A program made the translations under genes and the position numbers. Positions 29,502-46,154 of a stretch of DNA of 64,000 bases are shown piece after piece (the first letter of the stretch is position 1; the number at the start of each line of letters is the position of its first letter). The stretch is from Eledone cirrhosa. Taxonomy: Eukaryota. The stretch is from assembly GCA_964016885.1 (NCBI GenBank), contig OZ024740.1:21142001-21206000 (forward strand). The letters run 5' to 3'. Under the pieces are notes generated by a model. It made no database searches. It saw only the letters and a program-made list of their open reading frames with translations, and had not been told where the DNA came from.

Positions 29502-31522
29502 ATGAACCATTCCTTCTTTCAATGTCATATTATCAGTCAGTATAACTTCGACTACAATAGACAATGTACCATTCCTTCTTTCAAGGTGATATTATCAGAC
29601 AGTATATCTTGGACTACATTAGACAATGTACCATTCCTTCTTTCAAGGTGATATTATCAGACAGTATATCATGGACTACATTATACAATGTACCATTCCT
29701 TCTTTCAATGTTATAATATCAGACTGTATATCTTGGACTACAGTAGACAATATACCATTCCTTCTTTCAATGTGTTATTATCAGACAGTATATCTTGGAC
29801 TACATTAGACAATGTACCATTCCTTCTTTCAATGTGATATTATCAGACAGTATATCTTGGACTACATTAGACAATGTACCATTCCTTCTTTCAAGGTGAT
29901 ATTATCAGACAGTATATCTTGGACTACATTAGACAATGTACCATTCCTTCTTTCAACGTCATATTATCAGACAGTATATCTTCGACTACGTTAGACAATG
30001 TACCATTCCTTCTTTCAATGTGATATTATCAAACAGTATATCTTGGACTACATTAGACAATGTATCGTTCCTTCTTTCAATGTGATATTATCAGACAGTA
30101 TATCTTGGACTACATTAGACAATGTACCATTCCTTCTTTCAATGTGATATTATCAGACAGTATATCTTGGACTGCATTATACAATGTACCATTCCTTCTT
30201 TCAATGTTATATTATCAGACGGTATATCTTGGACTACATTAGACAATATACCATTCCTTCTTTCAATGTGATATTATCAGACAGTATATCTTGGACTACA
30301 TTAGACAATGTACCATTCCTTCTTTCAATGTGATATTATCAGACAGTATATCTTGGACTACATTATGCAATGTACCATTCCTTCTTTCAATCTAATATTA
30401 TCAGACTGTATATCTTGGACTACATTAGACAATGTACCATTCCTTCTTTCAATGTGATATTATCAGACAGTATAACTTTGACTACATTAGACAAAGTACC
30501 ATTACTTCTTTCAATGTGATATTATCAGACAGTATATCTTGGACTACATTAGACAATGTACCATTCCTTCTTTCAATGTGATATTATCAGACAGTATATC
30601 TTGGACTACAATAGACAATGTACCATTCCTACTTTCAATGTGATATTAACAGACAGTATATCTTGGACTACATTAGACAATGTACCATTCCTTCTTTCAA
30701 GGTGATATTATCAGACAGTATATCTTGGACTACATTAGACAATGTACCATTCCTTCTTTCAAGGTGATATTATCAGACAGTATATCTTGGACTACATTAG
30801 ACAATGTACCATTGCTTCTTTCAATGTTATATTATCAGACAGTATATCTTCGACTACATTAGACAATATACCATTCCTTCTTTCAAAGTGATATTATCAG
30901 ACAGTATATCTTGGACAACATTCGACAATGTACCATTCTTTCTTTCAAGGTGATATTATCAGACAGTTTATCTTGGACTACAATAGACAATGTACCATTC
31001 CTACTTTCAATGTGATATTAACAGACAGTATATCTTGGACTACATTAGACAATGTACCATTCCTTCTTTCAATGTGATATTATCAGACAGTATATCATGG
31101 ACTACATTATACAATGTACCATTCCTTCTTTCAATGTTATATTATCAGACTGTATATCTTGGACTACATTAGACAATATACCATTCCTTCTTTCAATGTG
31201 ATATTATCAGACAGTATATCTTGGACTACATTAGACAATGTACCATTCCTTCCTTCAATGTGATATTATCAGACAGTATATCTTGGACTACATTAGACAA
31301 TGTACCATTCCTTCTTTCAATGGGATATTATCAGACAGTATATCTTGGACTACATTAGACAATGTACCATTTCTTCTTTCAAGTTGATATTATCAGACAG
31401 TATATCTTGGACTACATTAGACAATGTACCATTGCTTCTTTCAATGTTATATTATCAGACAGTGTATCTTGCACTACACTAGACAATGTACCATTCCTTC
31501 TGTCAATGTGATATTATCAGAC

Positions 31523-31609
31523 TGCCTAATGTAGTCCAAGATATACTGTCTGATAATATCACATTGAAAGAAGGAATGGTACATTGTCTAATGTAGTCCA
31601 AGATATACT
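31523..31609 (-). repeat. 87-bp inverted satellite segment, TGCCT allele
   Basis: Same block and breakpoints. Confidence 0.97.
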
Positions 31610-32948
31610 ATGTACCATTCCTTCTTTCAATGTCATATTATCAGACAGTATATCTTCGACTACAATAGACAATGTACCATTCCTACTTTCAATGTGATAT
31701 TAACAGACAGTATATCTTGGACTACATTAGACAATGTACCATTCCTTCTTTCAATGTGATATTATCAGACAGTATATCATGGACTACATTATACAATGTA
31801 CCATTCCTTCTTTCAATGTTATATTATCAGACTGTATATCTTGGACTACATTAGACAATATACCGTTCCTTCTTTCAATGTGATATTATCAGACAGTATA
31901 TCTTGGACTAAATTAGACAATGTACCATTCCTTCTTTCAATGTGATATTATCAGACAGTATATCTTGGACTACATTAGACAATGTACCATTTCTTCTTTC
32001 AATGTGATATTATCAGACAGTATATCTTGGACTACATTAGACAATGTACCGTTCCTTCTTTCAATGTGATATTATGAGACAGTATATCTTGGACAACATT
32101 AGACAATGTACCATTCTTTCTTTCAAGGTGATATTATCAGACAGTATATCTTGGACTACAATAGACAATGTACCATTCCTACTTTCAATGTGATATTATC
32201 AGACAGTATATCTTGGACTACATTAGACAATGTACCATTCCTTCTTTCAATGTGATATTATCAGACAGTATATCTTCGACTACATTAGACAATATACCAT
32301 TCCTTCTTTCAATGTGATATTATCAGACAGTATATCTTGGACAACATTCGACAATGTACCATTCTTTCTTTCAAGGTGATATTATCAGACAGTATATCGT
32401 GGACTACAATAGACAATGTACCATTCCTACTTTCAATGTGATATTAACAGACAGTATATCTTGGACAACATTAGACAATGTACCATTCCTTCTTTCAATG
32501 TGATATTATCAGACAGTATATCATGGACTACATTATACAATGCACCATTCCTTCTTTCAATGTTATATTATCAGACTGTATATCTTGGACTACATTAGAC
32601 AATATACCATTCCTTCTTTCAATGTGATATTATCAGACAGTATATCTTGGACTACATTAGACAATGTACCATTCCTTCTTTCAATGTGATATTATCAGAC
32701 AGTATAACTTTGACTACATTAGACAATGTACCATTCCTTCTTTCAATGGGATATTATCAGACAGTATATCTTGGACTACATTAGACAATGTGCCATTTCT
32801 TCTTTCAAGTTGATATTATCAGACAGTATATCTTGGACTACATTAGACAATGTACCATTCCTTCTTTCAATGTGATATTATCAGACAGTGTATCTTGCAC
32901 TACATTAGACAATGTACCATTCCTTCTGTCAATGTGATATTATCAGAC

Positions 32949-33035
32949 TGCCTAATGTAGTCCAAGATATACTGTCTGATAATATCACATTGAAAGAAGG
33001 AATGGTACATTGTCTAATGTAGTCCAAGATATACT
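32949..33035 (-). repeat. 87-bp inverted satellite segment, TGCCT allele
   Basis: Same block, followed by the ATGAACC variant. Confidence 0.97.
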
Positions 33036-35056
33036 ATGAACCATTCCTTCTTTCAATGTCATATTATCAGTCAGTATAACTTCGACTACAATAGACAATG
33101 TACCATTCCTTCTTTCAAGGTGATATTATCAGACAGTATATCTTGGACTACATTAGACAATGTACCATTCCTTCTTTCAAGGTGATATTATCAGACAGTA
33201 TATCATGGACTACATTATACAATGTACCATTCCTTCTTTCAATGTTATAATATCAGACTGTATATCTTGGACTACAGTAGACAATATACCATTCCTTCTT
33301 TCAATGTGTTATTATCAGACAGTATATCTTGGACTACATTAGACAATGTACCATTCCTTCTTTCAATGTGATATTATCAGACAGTATATCTTGGACTACA
33401 TTAGACAATGTACCATTCCTTCTTTCAAGGTGATATTATCAGACAGTATATCTTGGACTACATTAGACAATGTACCATTCCTTCTTTCAACGTCATATTA
33501 TCAGACAGTATATCTTCGACTACGTTAGACAATGTACCATTCCTTCTTTCAATGTGATATTATCAAACAGTATATCTTGGACTACATTAGACAATGTATC
33601 GTTCCTTCTTTCAATGTGATATTATCAGACAGTATATCTTGGACTACATTAGACAATGTACCATTCCTTCTTTCAATGTGATATTATCAGACAGTATATC
33701 TTGGACTGCATTATACAATGTACCATTCCTTCTTTCAATGTTATATTATCAGACGGTATATCTTGGACTACATTAGACAATATACCATTCCTTCTTTCAA
33801 TGTGATATTATCAGACAGTATATCTTGGACTACATTAGACAATGTACCATTCCTTCTTTCAATGTGATATTATCAGACAGTATATCTTGGACTACATTAT
33901 GCAATGTACCATTCCTTCTTTCAATCTAATATTATCAGACTGTATATCTTGGACTACATTAGACAATGTACCATTCCTTCTTTCAATGTGATATTATCAG
34001 ACAGTATAACTTTGACTACATTAGACAAAGTACCATTACTTCTTTCAATGTGATATTATCAGACAGTATATCTTGGACTACATTAGACAATGTACCATTC
34101 CTTCTTTCAATGTGATATTATCAGACAGTATATCTTGGACTACAATAGACAATGTACCATTCCTACTTTCAATGTGATATTAACAGACAGTATATCTTGG
34201 ACTACATTAGACAATGTACCATTCCTTCTTTCAAGGTGATATTATCAGACAGTATATCTTGGACTACATTAGACAATGTACCATTCCTTCTTTCAAGGTG
34301 ATATTATCAGACAGTATATCTTGGACTACATTAGACAATGTACCATTGCTTCTTTCAATGTTATATTATCAGACAGTATATCTTCGACTACATTAGACAA
34401 TATACCATTCCTTCTTTCAAAGTGATATTATCAGACAGTATATCTTGGACAACATTCGACAATGTACCATTCTTTCTTTCAAGGTGATATTATCAGACAG
34501 TTTATCTTGGACTACAATAGACAATGTACCATTCCTACTTTCAATGTGATATTAACAGACAGTATATCTTGGACTACATTAGACAATGTACCATTCCTTC
34601 TTTCAATGTGATATTATCAGACAGTATATCATGGACTACATTATACAATGTACCATTCCTTCTTTCAATGTTATATTATCAGACTGTATATCTTGGACTA
34701 CATTAGACAATATACCATTCCTTCTTTCAATGTGATATTATCAGACAGTATATCTTGGACTACATTAGACAATGTACCATTCCTTCCTTCAATGTGATAT
34801 TATCAGACAGTATATCTTGGACTACATTAGACAATGTACCATTCCTTCTTTCAATGGGATATTATCAGACAGTATATCTTGGACTACATTAGACAATGTA
34901 CCATTTCTTCTTTCAAGTTGATATTATCAGACAGTATATCTTGGACTACATTAGACAATGTACCATTGCTTCTTTCAATGTTATATTATCAGACAGTGTA
35001 TCTTGCACTACACTAGACAATGTACCATTCCTTCTGTCAATGTGATATTATCAGAC

Positions 35057-35143
35057 TGCCTAATGTAGTCCAAGATATACTGTCTGATAATATCACATTG
35101 AAAGAAGGAATGGTACATTGTCTAATGTAGTCCAAGATATACT
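35057..35143 (-). repeat. 87-bp inverted satellite segment, TGCCT allele
   Basis: Same block and breakpoints. Confidence 0.97.
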
Positions 35144-38100
35144 ATGTACCATTCCTTCTTTCAATGTCATATTATCAGACAGTATATCTTCGACTACAAT
35201 AGACAATGTACCATTCCTACTTTCAATGTGATATTAACAGACAGTATATCTTGGACTACATTAGACAATGTACCATTCCTTCTTTCAATGTGATATTATC
35301 AGACAGTATATCATGGACTACATTATACAATGTACCATTCCTTCTTTCAATGTTATATTATCAGACTGTATATCTTGGACTACATTAGACAATATACCGT
35401 TCCTTCTTTCAATGTGATATTATCAGACAGTATATCTTGGACTAAATTAGACAATGTACCATTCCTTCTTTCAATGTGATATTATCAGACAGTATATCTT
35501 GGACTACATTAGACAATGTACCATTTCTTCTTTCAATGTGATATTATCAGACAGTATATCTTGGACTACATTAGACAATGTACCGTTCCTTCTTTCAATG
35601 TGATATTATCAGACAGTATATCTTGGACAACATTAGACAATGTACCATTCTTTCTTTCAAGGTGATATTATCAGACAGTATATCTTGGACTACAATAGAC
35701 AATGTACCATTCCTACTTTCAATGTGATATTATCAGACAGTATATCTTGGACTACATTAGACAATGTACCATTCCTTCTTTCCATGTGATATTATCAGAC
35801 AGTATATCATGGACTACATTATACAATGTACCATTCCTTCTTTCAATGTTATAATATCAGACTGTATATCTTGGACTACAGTAGACAATATACCATTCCT
35901 TCTTTCAATGTGATATTATCAGACAGTATATCTTGGACTACATTAGACAATGTACCATTCCTTCTTTCAATGTGATATTATCAGACAGTATATCTTGGAC
36001 TACATTAAACAATGTACCATTCCTTCTTTCAATGGGATATTATCAGACAGTATATCTTGGACTACATTAGACAATGTACCATTCCTTCTTTCAAGGTGAT
36101 ATTATCAGACAGTATATCTTGGACTACATTAGACAATGTACCATTCCTTCTTTCAACGTCATATTATCAGACAGTATATCTTCGACTACGTTAGACAATG
36201 TACCATTCCTTCTTTCAATGTGATATTATCAAACAGTATATCTTGGACTACATTAGACAATGTATCGTTCCTTCTTTCAATGTGATATTATCAGACAGTA
36301 TATCTTGGACTACATTAGACAATGTACCATTCCTTCTTTCAATGTGATATTATCAGACAGTATATCTTGGACTGCATTATACAATGTACCATTCCTTCTT
36401 TCAATGTTATATTATCAGACGGTATATCTTGGACTACATTAGACAATATACCATTCCTTCTTTCAATGTGATATTATCAGACAGTATATCTTGGACTACA
36501 TTAGACAATGTACCATTCCTTCTTTCAATGTGATATTATCAGACAGTATATCTTGGACTACATTATGCAATGTACCATTCCTTCTTTCAATCTAATATTA
36601 TCAGACTGTATATCTTGGACTACATTAGACAATGTACCATTCCTTCTTTCAACGTGATATTATCAGACAGTATAACTTTGACTACATTAGACAAAGTACC
36701 ATTACTTCTTTCAATGTGATATTATCAGACAGTATATCTTGGACTACATTAGACAATGTACCATTCCTTCTTTCAATGTGATATTATCAGACAGTATATC
36801 TTGGACTACAATAGACAATGTACCATTCCTACTTTCAATGTGATATTAACAGACAGTATATCTTGGACTACATTAGACAATGTACCATTCCTTCTTTCAA
36901 TGTGATATTATCAGACAGTATATCATGGACTACATTTTACAATGTACCATTCCTTCTTTCAATGTTATATTATCAGACTGTATATCTTGGACTACATTAG
37001 ACAATATACCGTTCCTTCTTTCAATGTGATATTATCAGACAGTATATATTGGACTAAATTAGACAATGTACCATTCCTTCTTTCAATGTGATATTATCAG
37101 ACAGTATATCTTGGACTACATTAGACAATGTACCATTTCTTCTTTCAATGTGATATTATCAGACAGTATATCTTGGACTACATTAGACAATGTACCGTTC
37201 CTTCTTTCAATGTGATATTATCAGACAGTATATCTTGGACAACATTAGACAATGTACCATTCTTTCTTTCAAGGTGATATTATCAGACAGTATATCTTGG
37301 ACTACAATAGACAATGTACCATTCCTACTTTCAATGTGATATTATCAGACAGTATATCTTGGACTACATTAGACAATGTACCATTCCTTCTTTCCATGTG
37401 ATATTATCAGACAGTATATCATGGACTACATTATACAATGTAACATTCCTTCTTTCAATGTTATAATATCAGACTGTATATCTTGGACTACAGTAGACAA
37501 TATACCATTCCTTCTTTCAATGTGATATTATCAGACAGTATATCTTGGACTACATTAGACAATGTACCATTCCTTCTTTCAATGGGATATTATCAGACAG
37601 TATATCTTGGACTACATTAGACAATGTACCATTCCTTCTTTCAAGGTGATATTATCAGACAGTATATCTTGGACTACATTAGACAATGTACCATTCCTTC
37701 TTTCAACGTCATATTATCAGACAGTATATCTTCGACTAGGTTAGACAATGTACCATTCCTTCTTTCAATGTGATATTATCAGACAGTATATCTTGGACTA
37801 CATTAGACAATGTACCATTCCTTCTTTCAATGTGATATTATCAGACAGTATATCTTGGACTGCATTATACAATGTACCATTCCTTCTTTCAATGTTATAT
37901 TATCAGACGGTATATCTTGGACTACATTAGACAATATACCATTCCTTCTTTCAATGTGATATTATCAGACAGTATATCTTGGACTACATTAGACAATGTA
38001 CCATTCCTTCTTTCAATGTGATATTATCAGACAGTATATCTTGGACTACATTATGCAATGTACCATTCCTTCTTTCAATCTAATATTATCAGACTGTATA

Positions 38101-39210
38101 TCTTGGACTACATTAGACAATGTACCATTCCTTCTTTCAATGTGATATTATCAGACAGTATAACTTTGACTACATTAGACAAAGTACCATTACTTCTTTC
38201 AATGTGATATTATCAGACAGTATATCTTGGACTACATTAGACAATGTACCATTCCTTCTTTCAATGTGATATTATCAGACAGTATATCTTGGACTACAAT
38301 AGACAATGTACCATTCCTACTTTCAATGTGATATTAACAGACAGTATATCTTGGACTACATTAGACAATGTACCATTCCTTCTTTCAAGGTGATATTATC
38401 AGACAGTATATCTTGGACTACATTAGACAATGTACCATTCCTTCTTTCAAGGTGATATTATCAGACAGTATATCTTGGACTACATTAGACAATGTACCAT
38501 TGCTTCTTTCAATGTTATATTATCAGACAGTATATCTTCGACTACATTAGACAATATACCATTCCTTCTTTCAAAGTGATATTATCAGACAGTATATCTT
38601 GGACAACATTCGACAATGTACCATTCTTTCTTTCAAGGTGATATTATCAGACAGTATATCTTGGACTACAATAGACAATGTACCATTCCTACTTTCAATG
38701 TGATATTAACAGACAGTATATCTTGGACTACATTAGACAATGTACCATTCCTTCTTTCAATGTGATATTATCAGACAGTATATCATGGACTACATTATAC
38801 AATGTACCATTCCTTCTTTCAATGTTATATTATCAGACTGTATATCTTGGACTACATTAGACAATATACCATTCCTTCTTTCAATGTGATATTATCAGAC
38901 AGTATATCTTGGACTACATTAGACAATGTACCATTCCTTCTTTCAATGTGATATTATCAGACAGTATATCTTGGACTACATTAGACAATGTACCATTCCT
39001 TCTTTCAATGGGATATTATCAGACAGTATATCTTGGACTACATTAGACAATGTACCATTTCTTCTTTCAAGTTGATATTATCAGACAGTATATCTTGGAC
39101 TACATTAGACAATGTACCATTCCTTCTTTCAATGTGATATTATCAGACAGTGTATCTTGCACTACATTAGACAATGTACCATTCCTTCTGTCAATGTGAT
39201 ATTATCAGAC

Positions 39211-39297
39211 TGCCTAATGTAGTCCAAGATATACTGTCTGATAATATCACATTGAAAGAAGGAATGGTACATTGTCTAATGTAGTCCAAGATATACT
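39211..39297 (-). repeat. 87-bp inverted satellite segment, TGCCT allele
   Basis: Same block and breakpoints. Confidence 0.97.
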
Positions 39298-42200
39298 ATG
39301 TACCATTCCTTCTTTCAATGTCATATTATCAGACAGTATATCTTCGACTACAATAGACAATGTACCATTCCTACTTTCAATGTGATATTAACAGACAGTA
39401 TATCTTGGACTACATTAGACAATGTACCATTCCTTCTTTCAATGTGATATTATCAGACAGTATATCATGGACTACATTATACAATGTACCATTCCTTCTT
39501 TCAATGTTATATTATCAGACTGTATATCTTGGACTACATTAGACAATATACCGTTCCTTCTTTCAATGTGATATTATCAGACAGTATATCTTGGACTAAA
39601 TTAGACAATGTACCATTCCTTCTTTCAATGTGATATTATCAGACAGTATATCTTGGACTACATTAGACAATGTACCATTTCTTCTTTCAATGTGATATTA
39701 TCAGACAGTATATCTTGGACTACATTAGACAATGTACCGTTCCTTCTTTCAATGTGATATTATCAGACAGTATATCTTGGACAACATTAGACAATGTACC
39801 ATTCTTTCTTTCAAGGTGATATTATCAGACAGTATATCTTGGACTACAATAGACAATGTACCATTCCTACTTTCAATGTGATATTATCAGACAGTATATC
39901 TTGGACTACATTAGACAATGTACCATTCCTTCTTTCCATGTGATATTATCAGACAGTATATCATGGACTACATTATACAATGTACCATTCCTTCTTTCAA
40001 TGTTATAATATCAGACTGTATATCTTGGACTACAGTAGACAATATACCATTCCTTCTTTCAATGTGATATTATCAGACAGTATATCTTGGACTACATTAG
40101 ACAATGTACCATTCCTTCTTTCAATGTGATATTATCAGACAGTATATCTTGGACTACATTAAACAATGTACCATTCCTTCTTTCAATGGGATATTATCAG
40201 ACAGTATATCTTGGACTACATTAGACAATGTACCATTCCTTCTTTCAAGGTGATATTATCAGACAGTATATCTTGGACTACATTAGACAATGTACCATTC
40301 CTTCTTTCAACGTCATATTATCAGACAGTATATCTTCGACTACGTTAGACAATGTACCATTCCTTCTTTCAATGTGATATTATCAAACAGTATATCTTGG
40401 ACTACATTAGACAATGTATCGTTCCTTCTTTCAATGTGATATTATCAGACAGTATATCTTGGACTACATTAGACAATGTACCATTCCTTCTTTCAATGTG
40501 ATATTATCAGACAGTATATCTTGGACTGCATTATACAATGTACCATTCCTTCTTTCAATGTTATATTATCAGACGGTATATCTTGGACTACATTAGACAA
40601 TATACCATTCCTTCTTTCAATGTGATATTATCAGACAGTATATCTTGGACTACATTAGACAATGTACCATTCCTTCTTTCAATGTGATATTATCAGACAG
40701 TATATCTTGGACTACATTATGCAATGTACCATTCCTTCTTTCAATCTAATATTATCAGACTGTATATCTTGGACTACATTAGACAATGTACCATTCCTTC
40801 TTTCAACGTGATATTATCAGACAGTATAACTTTGACTACATTAGACAAAGTACCATTACTTCTTTCAATGTGATATTATCAGACAGTATATCTTGGACTA
40901 CATTAGACAATGTACCATTCCTTCTTTCAATGTGATATTATCAGACAGTATATCTTGGACTACAATAGACAATGTACCATTCCTACTTTCAATGTGATAT
41001 TAACAGACAGTATATCTTGGACTACATTAGACAATGTACCATTCCTTCTTTCAATGTGATATTATCAGACAGTATATCATGGACTACATTTTACAATGTA
41101 CCATTCCTTCTTTCAATGTTATATTATCAGACTGTATATCTTGGACTACATTAGACAATATACCGTTCCTTCTTTCAATGTGATATTATCAGACAGTATA
41201 TATTGGACTAAATTAGACAATGTACCATTCCTTCTTTCAATGTGATATTATCAGACAGTATATCTTGGACTACATTAGACAATGTACCATTTCTTCTTTC
41301 AATGTGATATTATCAGACAGTATATCTTGGACTACATTAGACAATGTACCGTTCCTTCTTTCAATGTGATATTATCAGACAGTATATCTTGGACAACATT
41401 AGACAATGTACCATTCTTTCTTTCAAGGTGATATTATCAGACAGTATATCTTGGACTACAATAGACAATGTACCATTCCTACTTTCAATGTGATATTATC
41501 AGACAGTATATCTTGGACTACATTAGACAATGTACCATTCCTTCTTTCCATGTGATATTATCAGACAGTATATCATGGACTACATTATACAATGTAACAT
41601 TCCTTCTTTCAATGTTATAATATCAGACTGTATATCTTGGACTACAGTAGACAATATACCATTCCTTCTTTCAATGTGATATTATCAGACAGTATATCTT
41701 GGACTACATTAGACAATGTACCATTCCTTCTTTCAATGGGATATTATCAGACAGTATATCTTGGACTACATTAGACAATGTACCATTCCTTCTTTCAAGG
41801 TGATATTATCAGACAGTATATCTTGGACTACATTAGACAATGTACCATTCCTTCTTTCAACGTCATATTATCAGACAGTATATCTTCGACTAGGTTAGAC
41901 AATGTACCATTCCTTCTTTCAATGTGATATTATCAGACAGTATATCTTGGACTACATTAGACAATGTACCATTCCTTCTTTCAATGTGATATTATCAGAC
42001 AGTATATCTTGGACTGCATTATACAATGTACCATTCCTTCTTTCAATGTTATATTATCAGACGGTATATCTTGGACTACATTAGACAATATACCATTCCT
42101 TCTTTCAATGTGATATTATCAGACAGTATATCTTGGACTACATTAGACAATGTACCATTCCTTCTTTCAATGTGATATTATCAGACAGTATATCTTGGAC

Positions 42201-43364
42201 TACATTATGCAATGTACCATTCCTTCTTTCAATCTAATATTATCAGACTGTATATCTTGGACTACATTAGACAATGTACCATTCCTTCTTTCAATGTGAT
42301 ATTATCAGACAGTATAACTTTGACTACATTAGACAAAGTACCATTACTTCTTTCAATGTGATATTATCAGACAGTATATCTTGGACTACATTAGACAATG
42401 TACCATTCCTTCTTTCAATGTGATATTATCAGACAGTATATCTTGGACTACAATAGACAATGTACCATTCCTACTTTCAATGTGATATTAACAGACAGTA
42501 TATCTTGGACTACATTAGACAATGTACCATTCCTTCTTTCAAGGTGATATTATCAGACAGTATATCTTGGACTACATTAGACAATGTACCATTCCTTCTT
42601 TCAAGGTGATATTATCAGACAGTATATCTTGGACTACATTAGACAATGTACCATTGCTTCTTTCAATGTTATATTATCAGACAGTATATCTTCGACTACA
42701 TTAGACAATATACCATTCCTTCTTTCAAAGTGATATTATCAGACAGTATATCTTGGACAACATTCGACAATGTACCATTCTTTCTTTCAAGGTGATATTA
42801 TCAGACAGTATATCTTGGACTACAATAGACAATGTACCATTCCTACTTTCAATGTGATATTAACAGACAGTATATCTTGGACTACATTAGACAATGTACC
42901 ATTCCTTCTTTCAATGTGATATTATCAGACAGTATATCATGGACTACATTATACAATGTACCATTCCTTCTTTCAATGTTATATTATCAGACTGTATATC
43001 TTGGACTACATTAGACAATATACCATTCCTTCTTTCAATGTGATATTATCAGACAGTATATCTTGGACTACATTAGACAATGTACCATTCCTTCTTTCAA
43101 TGTGATATTATCAGACAGTATATCTTGGACTACATTAGACAATGTACCATTCCTTCTTTCAATGGGATATTATCAGACAGTATATCTTGGACTACATTAG
43201 ACAATGTACCATTTCTTCTTTCAAGTTGATATTATCAGACAGTATATCTTGGACTACATTAGACAATGTACCATTCCTTCTTTCAATGTGATATTATCAG
43301 ACAGTGTATCTTGCACTACATTAGACAATGTACCATTCCTTCTGTCAATGTGATATTATCAGAC

Positions 43365-43451
43365 TGCCTAATGTAGTCCAAGATATACTGTCTGATAATA
43401 TCACATTGAAAGAAGGAATGGTACATTGTCTAATGTAGTCCAAGATATACT
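43365..43451 (-). repeat. 87-bp inverted satellite segment, TGCCT allele
   Basis: Same block and breakpoints. Confidence 0.97.
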
Positions 43452-46154
43452 ATGTACCATTCCTTCTTTCAATGTCATATTATCAGACAGTATATCTTCG
43501 ACTACAATAGACAATGTACCATTCCTACTTTCAATGTGATATTAACAGACAGTATATCTTGGACTACATTAGACAATGTACCATTCCTTCTTTCAATGTG
43601 ATATTATCAGACAGTATATCATGGACTACATTATACAATGTACCATTCCTTCTTTCAATGTTATATTATCAGACTGTATATCTTGGACTACATTAGACAA
43701 TATACCGTTCCTTCTTTCAATGTGATATTATCAGACAGTATATCTTGGACTAAATTAGACAATGTACCATTCCTTCTTTCAATGTGATATTATCAGACAG
43801 TATATCTTGGACTACATTAGACAATGTACCATTTCTTCTTTCAATGTGATATTATCAGACAGTATATCTTGGACTACATTAGACAATGTACCGTTCCTTC
43901 TTTCAATGTGATATTATCAGACAGTATATCTTGGACAACATTAGACAATGTACCATTCTTTCTTTCAAGGTGATATTATCAGACAGTATATCTTGGACTA
44001 CAATAGACAATGTACCATTCCTACTTTCAATGTGATATTATCAGACAGTATATCTTGGACTACATTAGACAATGTACCATTCCTTCTTTCCATGTGATAT
44101 TATCAGACAGTATATCATGGACTACATTATACAATGTACCATTCCTTCTTTCAATGTTATAATATCAGACTGTATATCTTGGACTACAGTAGACAATATA
44201 CCATTCCTTCTTTCAATGTGATATTATCAGACAGTATATCTTGGACTACATTAGACAATGTACCATTCCTTCTTTCAATGTGATATTATCAGACAGTATA
44301 TCTTGGACTACATTAAACAATGTACCATTCCTTCTTTCAATGGGATATTATCAGACAGTATATCTTGGACTACATTAGACAATGTACCATTCCTTCTTTC
44401 AAGGTGATATTATCAGACAGTATATCTTGGACTACATTAGACAATGTACCATTCCTTCTTTCAACGTCATATTATCAGACAGTATATCTTCGACTACGTT
44501 AGACAATGTACCATTCCTTCTTTCAATGTGATATTATCAAACAGTATATCTTGGACTACATTAGACAATGTATCGTTCCTTCTTTCAATGTGATATTATC
44601 AGACAGTATATCTTGGACTACATTAGACAATGTACCATTCCTTCTTTCAATGTGATATTATCAGACAGTATATCTTGGACTGCATTATACAATGTACCAT
44701 TCCTTCTTTCAATGTTATATTATCAGACGGTATATCTTGGACTACATTAGACAATATACCATTCCTTCTTTCAATGTGATATTATCAGACAGTATATCTT
44801 GGACTACATTAGACAATGTACCATTCCTTCTTTCAATGTGATATTATCAGACAGTATATCTTGGACTACATTATGCAATGTACCATTCCTTCTTTCAATC
44901 TAATATTATCAGACTGTATATCTTGGACTACATTAGACAATGTACCATTCCTTCTTTCAATGTGATATTATCAGACAGTATAACTTTGACTACATTAGAC
45001 AAAGTACCATTACTTCTTTCAATGTGATATTATCAGACAGTATATCTTGGACTACATTAGACAATGTACCATTCCTTCTTTCAATGTGATATTATCAGAC
45101 AGTATATCTTGGACTACAATAGACAATGTACCATTCCTACTTTCAATGTGATATTAACAGACAGTATATCTTGGTCTACATTAGACAATGTACCATTCCT
45201 TCTTTCAATGTGATATTATCAGACAGTATATCATGGACTACATTATACAATGTACCATTCCTTCTTTCAATGTTATATTATCAGACTGTATATCTTGGAC
45301 TACATTAGACAATATACCGTTCATTCTTTCAATGTGATATTATCAGACAGTATATATTGGACTAAATTAGACAATGTACCATTCCTTCTTTCAATGTGAT
45401 ATTATCAGACAGTATATCTTGGACTACATTAGACAATGTACCATTTCTTCTTTCAATGTGATATTATCAGACAGTATATCTTGGACTACATTAGACAATG
45501 TACCGTTCCTTCTTTCAATGTGATATTATCAGACAGTATATCTTGGACAACATTAGACAATGTACCATTCTTTCTTTCAAGGTGATATTATCAGACAGTA
45601 TATCTTGGACTACAATAGACAATGTACCATTCCTACTTTCAATGTGATATTATCAGACAGTATATCTTGGACTACATTAGACAATGTACCATTCCTTCTT
45701 TCCATGTGATATTATCAGACAGTATATCATGGACTACATTATACAATGTAACATTCCTTCTTTCAATGTTATAATATCAGACTGTATATCTTGGACTACA
45801 GTAGACAATATACCATTCCTTCTTTCAATGTGATATTATCAGACAGTATATCTTGGACTACATTAGACAATGTACCATTCCTTCTTTCAATGGGATATTA
45901 TCAGACAGTATATCTTGGACTACATTAGACAATGTACCATTCCTTCTTTCAAGGTGATATTATCAGACAGTATATCTTGGACTACATTAGACAATGTACC
46001 ATTCCTTCTTTCAACGTCATATTATCAGACAGTATATCTTCGACTAGGTTAGACAATGTACCATTCCTTCTTTCAATGTGATATTATCAGACAGTATATC
46101 TTGGACTACATTAGACAATGTACCATTCCTTCTGTCAATGTGATATTATCAGAC

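Larger units (their letters stand above)
28696..35763 (+). repeat. Higher-order repeat: 57-monomer (3534 bp) unit x2
   Basis: Offset 3534 for 28882/32416 (ATGCACC), 29415/32949, 29626/33160, 30680/34214 and 31523/35057. Confidence 0.87.
33656..46117 (+). repeat. Higher-order repeat: 67-monomer (4154 bp) unit x3, overlapping the 57-mer block
   Basis: Offset 4154 for inversions 35057/39211/43365 and for variant monomers 34214/38368/42522, 36012/40166/44320 and 37562/41716/45870. Confidence 0.87.
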
